This document shows, piece by piece, positions 51,433 through 64,000 of a stretch of 64,000 nucleotides of DNA. This DNA is from Octopus bimaculoides (Eukaryota). Below the pieces are notes generated by a model. The model was not told the DNA's origin. It saw only the letters and a program-made list of their open reading frames with translations, and ran no database searches. Made by a program: the position numbers and the translations under genes. Every line of letters starts with the position of its first letter. Position 1 is the first letter of the stretch. The stretch is taken from positions 45,159,431 through 45,223,430 of the forward strand of contig NC_068993.1 in NCBI RefSeq assembly GCF_001194135.2, read 5' to 3'.

Positions 51433-51644
51433 GGTTTCAAATTTTGGTACAAGGCCAGCATGTTCGGTGGGAGGAGTAAGTCAATTACATCGACCACAGT
51501 GCTCAACTAATACATATTTTATTGATCCCGAAAGGATGAAAGGTAAAGTCTACATCGGCAGAATTTAAATTCAGAACATAAAGACGGATGAAATGCTGCT
51601 AAGCATTTTGCCCGGCGTGCAAACGAATCTGTCAGCTCGCTGCC
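51433..51644 (-). mobile_element. SINE family A
   Basis: Reverse complement of the family A consensus. Confidence 0.82.
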
Positions 51645-51663
51645 TTTAAATTAATAATAATAA

Positions 51664-52520
51664 TGTTGGTCAGTTCCACCGTGAAAAAAGAAACAACTTA
51701 AAAGATCAGGAAGCATCATGGAGGTGGCTCAGCAAGGGTGATCTAAAAAAGAATTCTGAAAACCTAAATATTGCTGCCCAGGATCAGGCATTGAATACCA
51801 ACTAAGTGAAAAGGGATATATACCACACAAGTGCAACGAACTTCTGCAGAATGTGTAGGTAGAGGGTTGAAAGCGTGACTCACATTAGCAGAGCTTGTGA
51901 AAGTCTTGCACAGAAAGAGTACAAGCGCAGGCACGACAGTGTAGCCCAAACCTTCACTGGCTACTATGCCGGAGGTATGAATACAAGGTAACGGGTGCTT
52001 GGTACCAATATACACCGGAAAAGGTAATGGACAGAAAGGGAAAGGCAAAAATCCTCTGGGACTTTGACTTCCAGACGGACAAGGTGTTAGAGCACCGAAG
52101 GCCGGATATAGTAACCTTTAGGTGGGAGAAACAGGAGTGCCTAATAATCGACGTGGCAGTGTCAGGAGATCAATATATTATCATGAAAGAAAGAGAAAAG
52201 ATTGAATATGGAAACCTGAAAACTGAGATCGCTATGATGTGGAAGCTACGAGAGTCAAACATAAAGGTTGTTCCTGTTGTCACCGGAGCATTGGGTTCAG
52301 TACCACCCAACCTGAAAAAACATGTGGAAACTTTAGAAATACCCCACAATCTTGGTGTATTTAAAAAATTGGCATTACTTGGAGCTGCACGAATATTGCC
52401 TAAAGTACTGTATGTCTGAGGTCCTTGTTGTGACTTGATAGATAGTCTAAACCCCCGGTAGACAATATCTTCAATCAACAACCTCACGATATTGGATACT
52501 TTGTGAAGTCTTAAATAATA
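51664..52520 (+). mobile_element. R4/Dong-like LINE 3' part (CCHC knuckle and restriction-like endonuclease)
   Basis: CRMC...LAQKEYKRRHD; KILWDFDFQTDKVLEHRRPDIV...CLIIDVAV...KE.EK...VVPVVTGALG...LLGAARIL. Confidence 0.9.
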
Positions 52521-52523
52521 ATA

Positions 52524-52680
52524 TTACAGAAAATTGCACTACTGGGCACTGCACACATCCTATGCAAAACACTTTCAATACAGTAACCATAAGAGCATCA
52601 CAGCAAACCACAACACATACCCAAGGCACACAGAGCTGCGCTCGGTAGTGAAGTGAAAGCAAATTATAAAAATAAAACTA

Positions 52681-52750
<70 letters not shown>
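52524..52750 (+). mobile_element. Short RLE-LINE 3' end followed by (AAT)n
   Basis: QKIALLGTAHIL, then a 3' UTR ending AATAAAACTACTG and a long (AAT)n tract. Confidence 0.7.
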
Positions 52751-52799
52751 CCGAATACCGATGAAAACATAACCTCCTTCCTTGGTGGAGGTAATGATG

Positions 52800-53110
52800 A
52801 AAAAATCAATATGAGAGGTATAGTAAAATAGCAAAGTACCAGGACCTAGCCATTGAAGTACAGAGATTTTGAAAAGTGCGAGTAAAATGTATTCTAGTAG
52901 TTATAGGTGCATTAGGAATTATCCCTAAAGATTTGAACAGATGGATAGAGGAAATGGGCATAAAATCCAGTTTAGTACAGCTGCAGAAAACAGAGTTATT
53001 AGGAACAGCTAGGATACTTAGGAGGGTTCTTGGCATCTAAGGTTACTTTTTGGAGTCCGATGTAAGGAATTTTTATTTTTCCAACAGTCTAATCTGTTGT
53101 GAGTATATGA
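52800..53110 (+). mobile_element. RLE-LINE 3' end
   Basis: KYQDLAIEVQR...VVIGALGIIPKDLNRWIEEMGIK...LQKTELLGTARILRRVLGI*. Confidence 0.85.
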
Positions 53111-53129
53111 ATGATAATAATAAGAAGAA

Positions 53130-53334
53130 TGATTTCACATTTTGGCACAAGGCCAGTAATTTTGGGGGTATGGGTAAGTCGATTACAACGATCAATGGGA
53201 TCGTTCAACTGGTACTTATCGACTCCGAAAGGATGAAAGGCCGTCAACCTCGGTGGAATTTGAACTCAGAAAGTGAATACAGACTAAATACCGTCAAGCA
53301 TTTGGCTTGCTAATGATTCTTCCAGGTCGCCGCC
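53130..53334 (-). mobile_element. SINE family A
   Basis: Reverse complement of family A, flanked by AAT tracts. Confidence 0.78.
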
Positions 53335-53339
53335 TTTAA

Positions 53340-53383
<44 letters not shown>

Positions 53384-53384
53384 T

Positions 53385-53600
53385 AAAATCAAAGGTGTAA
53401 ATCAAGAGAGGAATCTTCCAGGGGGCAGTGTTTCCCCACTGATATTCGTGCTGGGAATGATCCCCTTGAGTGAAATACTACAGAAAACAAATTTTGGGTA
53501 TGACCTGGGAAGAGGTAAGAGAAAACTGAATCATTGGCTATTCATAGACGACCTGAAGTTATTCACAAAATCCGAGGCAGATCTAGATAGCAATATTTAT
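53385..53600 (+). mobile_element. R4/Dong-like RT fragment
   Basis: RGIFQGAVFPPLIFVLGMIPL...NHWLFIDDLKLF, directly after (AAT)n. Confidence 0.82.
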
Positions 53601-54419
53601 TGATGTAAATGATACAAATATTGAAAAAGAAATTAAGCAATGCAGATAAGAAGATAAGCCAAAATATGTAAGGTGATACTAATAAATAAAAATAGAGAGT
53701 AGGCTATTTAATGCTTCTATTGTATTTCGGAAAAAATCCACCTTATCAAATATAAGATGGAAAATAATACAAGAGTCTGGAAAAAAGGCCATACTGGTGT
53801 TTTGTGATTGAAAGTATTGATAGATTACTGTATTTATGGTTCTGTTTGGTTAAAATAAGCAGTATTAATAGTAGCAAAGTACAATACTCATTTATTTACC
53901 GGTGTCTTTAAGCGTTATATCAAGTGGAAAAAGTAGGCGGAAAAAGAAATATTATACTTGAGCAAATTATCAATGAAAATGGCAGTATTGACAAATATGT
54001 CTGACATCACAATGTAAACCGTCATAGTGTTAAGTATTTACACACATACAGACATATAGACATATACACACGCATTTATTTGCCTTCAACTTACGTTTTT
54101 CATACTACTTCATTTTCTGATAAAAGACAAAAGTCTGAAACGTTAGATTTTTCAGCTCCCCATAGTAATTAAACTTAATAAACTCTTATAAACTCTTGAT
54201 TAATTGTTTGCAGGCACAGACTATCTATACTTTCCTTAACTTTCAGATTTTATCCGATATACATATTGATCGATAGAAGCAGTGTGGCTGAATTGTTAAG
54301 AAGTTCGGTTCGCAAGCATGATTTCTTGAGTTCAATTTCAATGCGTGAAATCTTGGGGAAAATGTTCCATACTTTCTGAATGAAATAGGGTGGACAAAAA
54401 CTTGCCAGAAGTTATTTTT

Positions 54420-54795
54420 TAAGCCTTCTGCTCCCTATCCAGCATTGACCATCAACGACTATTTACTAGGGTTCTTGATTTTGGATTATCTTTTTAAGGC
54501 CACTTCCTCTGTATGAGGGTCATTCATGTTGCCCTGAGGGAAGTTCTCCCAGGTTTTGTTGGTTTTGAATTGTTATCAATGCTTCTGTAGCTTTGCTTTT
54601 TTTTTCTGTATCAATGGATCAATGGCTCAACGCAAACCCATTTTTACTACTGGAAAGAGATGGTCATATTAGTCCAGCTCCTATCCTTTGACCAGTCCAG
54701 CAGGGGAGACCCTACAGGGAGCTTGCACTCCGCTGGCATAGCTGTCAGGATCATGGAATGATACAAGCTATCACACAGCAACAAGGCTTGCACCT
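54420..54795 (-). mobile_element. Bipartite RTE-derived element
   Basis: 5'-like segment similar to 11880-12000 and 32717, joined to a degenerate RTE C-terminal and 3' segment. Confidence 0.5.
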
Positions 54796-54907
54796 TGTAG
54801 TGACGGATACACACCTGGTATTGTAGTTGTATTTCAATAGGTACAGCCTTGCAACATCATTTTACATCGGTTCTACCCGAGAATTGTGTTAAGGTTACAC
54901 ATAACTG

Positions 54908-55025
54908 TGGAGACGCAATGGCCCAGTGGTTAGGGCAGCGGACTCGCGGTCATAGAATCGCGGTTTCGATTCCCAGACCGGGCATTTTGAGTTTTTATTG
55001 AGAGCGAAAACACCTAAAGCTCCAC
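54908..55025 (+). mobile_element. SINE family C head, truncated by gap
   Basis: GGAGACGCAATGGCCCAGTGGTTAGGGCAGCGGACTCGCGG. Confidence 0.88.
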
Positions 55026-55696
55026 NNNNNNNNNNNNNNNNNNNNNNNNNNNNNNNNNNNNNNNNNNNNNNNNNNNNNNNNNNNNNNNNNNNNNNNNNNN
55101 NNNNNNNNNNNNNNNNNNNNNNNNNNNNNNNNNNNNNNNNNNNNNNNNNNNNNNNNNNNNNNNNNNNNNNNNNNNNNNNNNNNNNNNNNNNNNNNNNNNN
55201 NNNNNNNNNNNNNNNNNNNNNNNNNNNNNNNNNNNNNNNNNNNNNNNNNNNNNNNNNNNNNNNNNNNNNNNNNNNNNNNNNNNNNNNNNNNNNNNNNNNN
55301 NNNNNNNNNNNNNNNNNNNNNNNNNNNNNNNNNNNNNNNNNNNNNNNNNNNNNNNNNNNNNNNNNNNNNNNNNNNNNNNNNNNNNNNNNNNNNNNNNNNN
55401 NNNNNNNNNNNNNNNNNNNNNNNNNNNNNNNNNNNNNNNNNNNNNNNNNNNNNNNNNNNNNNNNNNNNNNNNNNNNNNNNNNNNNNNNNNNNNNNNNNNN
55501 NNNNNNNNNNNNNNNNNNNNNNNNNNNNNNNNNNNNNNNNNNNNNNNNNNNNNNNNNNNNNNNNNNNNNNNNNNNNNNNNNNNNNNNNNNNNNNNNNNNN
55601 NNNNNNNNNNNNNNNNNNNNNNNNNNATCTTGAGAACTTATATATATATATATATATATACATTCCACTCTTTTATGTTGATAGAAACAGAAGCAA

Positions 55697-55760
<64 letters not shown>

Positions 55761-56754
55761 CATCCATTGACACTAATTCGATGTTCCCTTCCTCTTCGCA
55801 TTCTTTCTTTTACCTTAGCATCTTCTCCCTCTCCTTTTCTCTTATAAATCTCTATAACGTTTCCTCCTTATCCTCTTGGCGAACTCTCACCTCGCTGCTG
55901 CCTATACTAAGATGGAGGAATGTCTTAGGTGTAACATCTAGCTCCGTCGCTACGATTACGTTATACTGCTTCAAATCATTGCTCTTTACCTTCTTTATCG
56001 TCTGTTTTTCTTTCCCACTGTTTGATATGTGAAAGGACAGCAGAGGGGAGAAGGAAGAGATAATGGACATACAACAATGAGGAAAAGCAACTATATCTTT
56101 CTCTTATGTTCTCCCACTTCTTTCGAAATCCTGATACTTTTCTGTCCATTTTTCATGTCACAAACTCCTTCCTTTCCGTTTCTCTCTTTGTCAATTCTCT
56201 TACCCACTGCCTCTCTGTCTCTCTCTGTCTCTCTCTCCCGCTCTGTATATTTGTATTTTCTACTCTGCCTGTCACCATGCAAGCGTTTATCTCTGTCTAC
56301 GTCAATCTTATCTCTCTGTCTCTCATGTACGTCAACCAGTCTCTCTGTCACTATCTGTCTCTCTCAATATATCTCTATATATACCTATCTGTTTGCTTGT
56401 AAGTCTCTCTGATTGTCGGTGTCTTTCTGTGTCTCAAAATACCTCTCTAAATATCTCTGTATATCTATCTGTCTCAGTTTCATCTGTTTGTCTCTATTTG
56501 TTTGTATGTCTATCATTCTGATTCCCCGTTTGTCTGTCTATCTCACACCATATCTGTCAGTCAGCCTGCCTGCCTGCCTGCCTCCCTGCCTGTCTGCCAG
56601 CCTGCCTGTCTGCTTGCTTGTCTGTCTGTCTGTCTGTCTGTCAGTCTGCCTGTCTTCTCTCAGATCTATCACATTCCACAACTTTCTATTAAACAAAGAT
56701 GAATACCAAAACAAATAAAAACTTCGGAGATTTTTCGATCACTATGACGTATAT

Positions 56755-57555
56755 TACCACCACCACCACCACCACCATCACCACCACCACCAGCACCACC
56801 AGCACCACCACCACNNNNNNNNNNNNNNNNNNNNNNNNNNNNNNNNNNNNNNNNNNNNNNNNNNNNNNNNNNNNNNNNNNNNNNNNNNNNNNNNNNNNNN
56901 NNNNNNNNNNNNNNNNNNNNNNNNNNNNNNNNNNNNNNNNNNNNNNNNNNNNNNNNNNNNNNNNNNNNNNNNNNNNNNNNNNNNNNNNNNNNNNNNNNNN
57001 NNNNNNNNNNNNNNNNNNNNNNNNNNNNNNNNNNNNNNNNNNNNNNNNNNNNNNNNNNNNNNNNNNNNNNNNNNNNNNNNNNNNNNNNNNNNNNNNNNNN
57101 NNNNNNNNNNNNNNNNNNNNNNNNNNNNNNNNNNNNNNNNNNNNNNNNNNNNNNNNNNNNNNNNNNNNNNNNNNNNNNNNNNNNNNNNNNNNNNNNNNNN
57201 NNNNNNNNNNNNNNNNNNNNNNNNNNNNNNNNNNNNNNNNNNNNNNNNNNNNNNNNNNNNNNNNNNNNNNNNNACCATCGACACTCCCTCACAACCAACC
57301 CCACCACCGCTACCCAAACCATCCCCACCGACATCAAAACCATCACAACTACCTCACTCATCACCACCACATCGTAAACAGCAACAATCACCACCACCAC
57401 CAGCAATGCTGCCGCCTCCACCACCACCATCATAACCACTACCACTACCACTACCACCGAAACAACAACAACAACCACTGTAATCGCAACCACCACCATC
57501 ATAATAACATCAACAGCAACAACCACCACCACCACTACTACCACCACCACCACAA
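56755..57555. repeat. (CAC/ACC)n low-complexity tract spanning a gap
   Basis: Direct inspection. Confidence 0.85.
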
Positions 57556-58005
57556 CTTCTTACTATAATCACCAAGAGTCCACGAGAGAGCCTCTAGTGG
57601 TTGCTCGAACTGTTAGAAATAGTAGTGAAATTTGCTTCAGAGTCGCATGATATCTTCGATGTCCCAAATTATACAGGATGGTCATATTTGAAACGCCTTT
57701 GATTATAGGCCTGCTCGATCAACCGCAGTAACCACCGAGTTTACATGAAACCTACCACTTTACCAACCACCCGTCTACCCTCTAGCTAGCACCACCATTG
57801 TCACCATCAACAAAAACCAGCAACCAGCAGCAGTAGCAGCAGCAGCAGCAACAGCAGCGATAGAAGCAGCGATAGAAGCAGCAGCAGCAGCAGCAGCGGT
57901 AACTTCCACTCTCATCCATGTTGCAGCAGAAAGCCAACAAGGTAGTGCTGTTCTGCACACACAGACATATATACACACACACGCACGCACATACACACAC
58001 ACACA

Positions 58006-58052
<47 letters not shown>

Positions 58053-58107
58053 GAACTCACATCNNNNNNNNNNTACACACACACGCACGCACATACACAC
58101 ACACACA

Positions 58108-58154
<47 letters not shown>

Positions 58155-58384
58155 GAACTCACATCAAATGAGCACACGCGCTTCGATGTTCACAGATGTA
58201 TACACACGCACACATAGAACGATAGGCGATGCACACGAGAGGTGAACAGCGGAATAACAGAGCAGTGACAAGATTATCACAATTTCAACATACCATCGCA
58301 ACAGTGGTAAGATTATCTTTGGTTATTTATGTTGATCTATCTATCTATCTACCTACCTACCTATCTATCTATCTATCTATCTAC

Positions 58385-58432
<48 letters not shown>

Positions 58433-58461
58433 GTATTTGTATTCTATCTATCTATTTGTGT

Positions 58462-58556
<95 letters not shown>

Positions 58557-58579
58557 GGCTGCCTGTCTGCCTGTTTGTC

Positions 58580-58626
<47 letters not shown>

Positions 58627-59180
58627 TCTCATCTGTCTATAAATAAAGACGTTTGATGTTCTATATATTTATATACGCATTCTCGTATATGCACGCATAT
58701 ACACCACACTCGCGCGTGCGCACGTACACACAAATATATATAAATATATATTACATAAACGTATATATGCGTATATTTATAATCTAAATGTGAGAATACA
58801 TGCACGATTGTATACAAATAGTTGCATTAAGAATATGAACCTCTTTAGAGACAGACAGGTACGGCGACAAGGAGAAACAGATTGCATCGACAGCCAGAAA
58901 ATAAACAGGTTGAGTTACGCATATCGAGATTGAAACAACGATAGATAGACAGACATATTGTTAGAATATATGTTTACAAATATATTCTCTCGCTCTCCAT
59001 ATATTCTAAATACGGAAAGCGAGAGAAGAAATAAATCAGTAGAATCCGAAGAAACTAGTGTTTGTTGTGTGTTAGAAATAATTCAAACAGATGAATATGT
59101 GTATTCTATGCCATGAGGAAGACGAGAAGTCTATTGTATTAGATACAAATCTCTATCGGAGACATAGATATAATAATGTC

Positions 59181-59213
<33 letters not shown>

Positions 59214-59501
59214 GAGAAATAGATTGTTAGAGAGATAGCTAGCGAGGTAGGTAGATAGATACATAATTAGATGGCGAAAAGGTAAAAGAAAACTAAGGAG
59301 ACAGATAGGTAAAATGCATTAAAATGCAAACACAGCACATCAACATCATAAATATATACATACATATACATAAGCGCGCACGCGCGCACACACAAACACA
59401 CGCATCACCTTTATTGCGTGTATATCGTCAAAACATCGGGTCGTCGAGCCACAGGTCAGAAATACTGGCATACCATCTACTAACAATTTTACTCTATAAC
59501 T

Positions 59502-59621
<120 letters not shown>

Positions 59622-59645
59622 NNNNNNNNNNNNNNNNNNNNNNNN

Positions 59646-59680
<35 letters not shown>

Positions 59681-59829
59681 ATACGTAAAAATAATCATGA
59701 ACTTTGCTTAGACTTAAGCATTGTATAATTTTAAGATCCAGCGTTGACAATTTTTTGTGTAATAACAGTATTTCCATCATACCTTGTGGCCCAAGTCGAA
59801 ACGCACGAATAAGTCGCTATTATCATTAC

Positions 59830-59875
59830 TTCATTCTGATGATGATACTACAAATGGCCATGAAATGTTAATGAA
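59830..59875 (+). ncRNA. Degenerate minimal hammerhead-like motif
   Basis: TTCATT-CTGATGA...GAAA-TGTT-AATGAA with a 6-bp stem I and overlapping AATAAA; stem II poorly paired. Confidence 0.3.
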
Positions 59876-60206
59876 TAAAAGGTTTAAAAAATGACATTAT
59901 TTCAAACTGAAAGAAAAGCAAGGATTAACAGGGAAATACGAAAAATACTTAATAAGCAAAGTTTGAACTAGAGTATAGTCTTATTGTTAGTAAGTCATGC
60001 TCGAAAGCATAACTCGTATATACACGCGCACATATACGTATATACGTTTATAAACCGGATTACGTGCTTTGATTGCTCTTTCTCTCGTTCGGAGCCCATG
60101 ATTTATATATATGCTTATAAAATTTCGAAATGCAAGATATGTCCTTTTAACAAACATGTAATTCAACCTCATTGTGAAAAATAAACAAAATGATTTCCAA
60201 CAGAAC

Positions 60207-60245
60207 CTGTCTAGTTTCTAGTCTTGTGAGACTTTCATCAGATAA
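60207..60245 (-). ncRNA. Degenerate minimal hammerhead-like motif
   Basis: CTGATGA-A-AGTCT-CACA-AGACT-A-GAAAC-TAG-AC; intact core and 5-bp stem II, but U16.1 is replaced by A and stem I is weak. Confidence 0.35.
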
Positions 60246-60774
60246 AGAATGCCAGTCTCTTCTTCAGAGAAAAGAGTTAATTCATAACTATCTAAAATAT
60301 ATATGAAGTCTGTTAGAACCAAACTGCTTCATCTAATCTACATAACAATGCATCCACTGATGACATGGATTAATTGGTTAATTCATTAATTGACTGATTT
60401 ATTAACTGTTCGTTACAAAATATTTTAGGATAATTTGAAACATGAGGTAATTAGTTTTAATAAATATAAAATGTGGTTACACAACAGGTTTTATTTATTT
60501 TCTTGGGCAGTTAACAGGATCGATGTTTTAGCTTGTAATTGTTACACCTCAAGTAGTGAAACAATACCTGTTTTCTCTGCCCAAAAAGAAATTATTACCT
60601 TATTGCTACTGAAAGCTAGCGAAACTACGAGAAACTAACCACGTTTATACTGTATTTTTTTTTATCATGGACAAATAAAAAAAAAGAAAAGAAATTTGTA
60701 GTATACCCACTTTGTTTACGTTTCAGAACGAGGCTGTATTTCCGATAATCCAGTGAAGTTGTAGTTCAGATAAA

Positions 60775-60807
<33 letters not shown>

Positions 60808-60887
60808 CCTTTCTATCTATCTATCTGTGTGATTGCTTGTGCGGGTATATATACATATATGTACACCCCCCCCCCACACACACACAT

Positions 60888-60943
<56 letters not shown>

Positions 60944-61689
60944 GTATGTATGTATGTATGTGTGTGTGTGTGTGTGTGTGTCTGTGTGTGTGCATATACC
61001 TATATATGTGGGTATGTACATGTATGTATGTATATATGCATATATATATTATTTATATTATTATTATTATTATATATATATATATGTGTGTATGCATATG
61101 TGTGTATACGTGTATGTTTGTGTGCATGTGTTTGCGTTACCTTTGTTTAACTCGTAGAATAGTCAAATAAATGCTCTGATTACATTTAACATAGGTGAAT
61201 GTACATATACGTGATTATAAACTCATAATTTAGACATGATACTCACGTTCATTTATACACGCACGATTCTCACACAAACACATACAAGCACACGCGCACA
61301 TACATACATATGTACTCACACACACACATACATATGTGCTCTCTCTCTTTCTCACACGCGAGCGCATATATATATAGTTATTTGTTTATGTTTATATTTA
61401 CGAATGTGTGTTATGCTTAAGGCGATGAGTACACAATCACGTCTATTTTACACACGGAACACATACATCCTACTCGACATGTTTCTAAATCTAAACTCTA
61501 TCCAGCAGTTTATTTGCATTGTATTCAATTAATTCAATTATATCTACATCACATGTCACATGTAGGTGTTTTAACCTGCAAACAATATTGCTTTCGTACA
61601 TCAGATATTTTATTTCGTGTTCCTGTATTGCAAAAGCCTACACCCTCAGAAGTGAGATTTAAGATCAGTGTCATTTAATAGCATAGGCT

Positions 61690-62440
61690 CACTAGGCAGC
61701 TTCCCGGTAGTCTCACGCATCTAGGGGTTCAATTCTACTTCGCGTACGCTGTGAATTGCTCTTAAAAAAAAAACCTAGAGGGCCCAATGCGTTGATTTGC
61801 TCGAGGGTTTCACAGGTTTAGGGGCCCAATTCTACTCCATATATTCTGTGGTTTGCTGCCAAAAAATACTATAGGGCCTTATGCATTGATTTGTCCGGGA
61901 GCCTTGCGGGTTTAGGGGCCCGTTCTACTAAATATATACCGTGGTTTTCTGTAAAAAAACAACAAAAACTATAGTGCTCAGAGCATTGATTTGCCTGGGG
62001 GCTGACGGGTATAGCGACCTAATTCTGCTCCATGTGTAATGTGTTGCTGTCAAAACAAACAAACAAACAAACAAACAAAACAAAACAAAAACAAGCAAAA
62101 GCTATAGGGCCCAGGACATTTATTCGCCTGAAAGACTTACGAGCTTAGGGGCTCAGTTCACCATGTATGCTGTGGTTTGCTGCAAAAAAAAAAAAAGAAT
62201 ACTACTTCGGGGTTCAGTGTATTGATTTGCCTTGGCCCTAGTGTTCTAGGAACCCAATTTTCATTTATGAATGCCGAGGCTTGCTGTAAAAATATACTAT
62301 AGAGGCCCAGTGCATTGATTTGCCTGAAGCACTCACAGATCTAGGGACCCACTTCTGCCCCATGTGTGATGTGCTACTGTCAAAAGAAAAAAAAAAAAAA
62401 GATATGAAAGAACCCAGGGCATTGATTTGCACGGGAGCCT
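61690..62440 (+). repeat. Tandem array of about 7 units of 93-133 bp
   Basis: Anchor (A)TTGATTTG at about 61792, 61885, 61985, 62118, 62221, 62314 and 62421; each unit has CTATAGGGCCC and a variable A tract. Confidence 0.9.
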
Positions 62441-62969
62441 ATAAATGTTGCTAAGACGGCCCTGGCAAAGTTATAACAATTGCTAGTTCATGGTAAACCT
62501 TCATTGCTAGTTTATGTCCCCGGCAGCCTTCGACTTTTCCTATCCAAAGAGTTTTTTAACCTAATATATTTACATGCTATCATTTATAGCTTTATCCACT
62601 TGAAGATCAACCAAATAAAAACCTAGTTATTATTGTTTGTTATTTGTATTACTGTTATTCTGAAGCCTTTTGACAACATGACAATGTCATTCATCTGATC
62701 TTCTGTTGCGGTAGCGCTGAATATTCCCCTGCGGTCATATACGGAAGTAGATTACATTAACTATACACTCACCCCCGCCTTTTACCTGATGAATGGCCAT
62801 GTTCAGAATGAAAATAAAAATTAATGTTATTCTTTGTGATATTGTTATGTAACTGCAGGTCAGCTCTGATCGAACAACACTATAACATATAAATCATCGA
62901 TCAACAGACTAACTACAATTCACAGATCTATTGTTTTAGGAATAAATTGATTGTTGCTAGCAAAGAGCA

Positions 62970-63680
62970 GCATGACTCCCTGTTAATGTTTAATTGTATG
63001 GAATATTATGTGACTGTTTGGTATTATGTATTTTCTGTTGTGGCTTAATTGTGTGGAGTACTGTGTGAATAATGTGACATCGTGTACTCCCTGTTGAGGA
63101 TTAACTGTATGGAATACTGTGTGATATTTTGTACTCCCTTGATGATTAATTGTACGGAGTACTATGTTGCAGTGTGTACTCTCTATTGGGTACTAATTCT
63201 TTGGAGTACTGTGTGACAATGTAGCATTGGCTACTCTGTGTTAGTGATTAATTGTACGAAGTACTGTGTGACAGGGTGGCTTTATGTACTCCTTTTGAAT
63301 GATAAATTGTGGAGAGTACTGGAGTACTGTGCAACAGCGTGACAGTGCGTACTTTCAGTTGGTAATTTATTGTATTGAGTTCTGTGAAATAGTACGTACT
63401 CTCCATTAGTAATTAATTGTATGGAGTACTGTGTGATAGTACGACGATGTGTACTTTCTGTTTGAGATTAATTGCTTGGAGTATTGGGTGACAGTATGTA
63501 CTCTCTGTTGGGTATTAATTTTACGGAGTTCTATGTGACAGTGTGTACTCTCTGTTAGGTATTAATTGTTTGGAGTACTGTGTGACAATGTAATACTGTG
63601 TACTTTGTGTTGGCGATTAATTGTATGGAGTACGGTTTGTGTACTTTGTGTTGAAGAGTGTGTTGTACTCTCTCAGTTAT
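62970..63680 (+). repeat. Minisatellite of about 13-14 units of 45-60 bp with an internal GTACTC/GAGTAC inverted repeat
   Basis: Consensus near GTGTACTCTCTGTTGGGTATTAATTGTATGGAGTACTGTGTGACA. Confidence 0.9.
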
Positions 63681-63729
63681 CCAGCCTACTTCTGTGAACC
63701 TGCTACTGCCTCTGTTGTCATTGTCGTCG

Positions 63730-63775
<46 letters not shown>

Positions 63776-64000
63776 GTAGCCTCAAGTTTGCTCTGACTGA
63801 GTAAACCTATGATAATAGAAATCCATCCATAAGCATCTAACCTTTTTCTCAGTGGTATTGCAAATCTCAGAATAATGTTATCCATTGTGTACTTCATTTC
63901 TCAAGAATGTCATTTAAAGATTTTTGGCTGCTATTTCTGGCAGGTCATGCGTCTATGTAACGGTTTCCTCGTCGGCTCAAGATTCAATCGAACCAGACAG

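Noticed and set aside
746-57568. Long ORFs of 150-340 aa containing X runs
   Set aside because: They only read through N gaps; not evidence of coding sequence
62970-63680. CRISPR-like array
   Set aside because: Units vary in length, spacers are not unique, no cas genes, eukaryotic context

Overview
AT-rich, microsatellite-dense, gapped eukaryotic DNA. The tRNA-derived SINE families and repeat style suggest an octopus (cephalopod) scaffold; this is inference. One protein-coding gene can be rebuilt by hand although the ORF track misses it. It has five exons on + (4765-4798, 13799-13943, 16650-16783, 19285-19432, 20581-20806) with GT-AG boundaries and matching phases. It encodes a 228-aa protein with a signal peptide, 10 Cys and a GPI-anchor-like C-terminus, apparently built from an ancient duplication of a two-exon module. 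The rest is mostly decayed mobile DNA: Tc1, mariner, Tigger and hAT fragments and MITEs, a Helitron Rep fragment, RTE and R4/Dong-like (RLE) LINE remnants, and several SINE families. There are also two long foldback hairpins, tandem repeat arrays, and several minimal hammerhead-ribozyme-like motifs of the Penelope/retrozyme type (best one at 48015-48063, minus strand). No rRNA, intact tRNA or CRISPR was found. Long ORFs in the track are artefacts of N gaps or microsatellites. No database searches were run; family names come from motif recognition.
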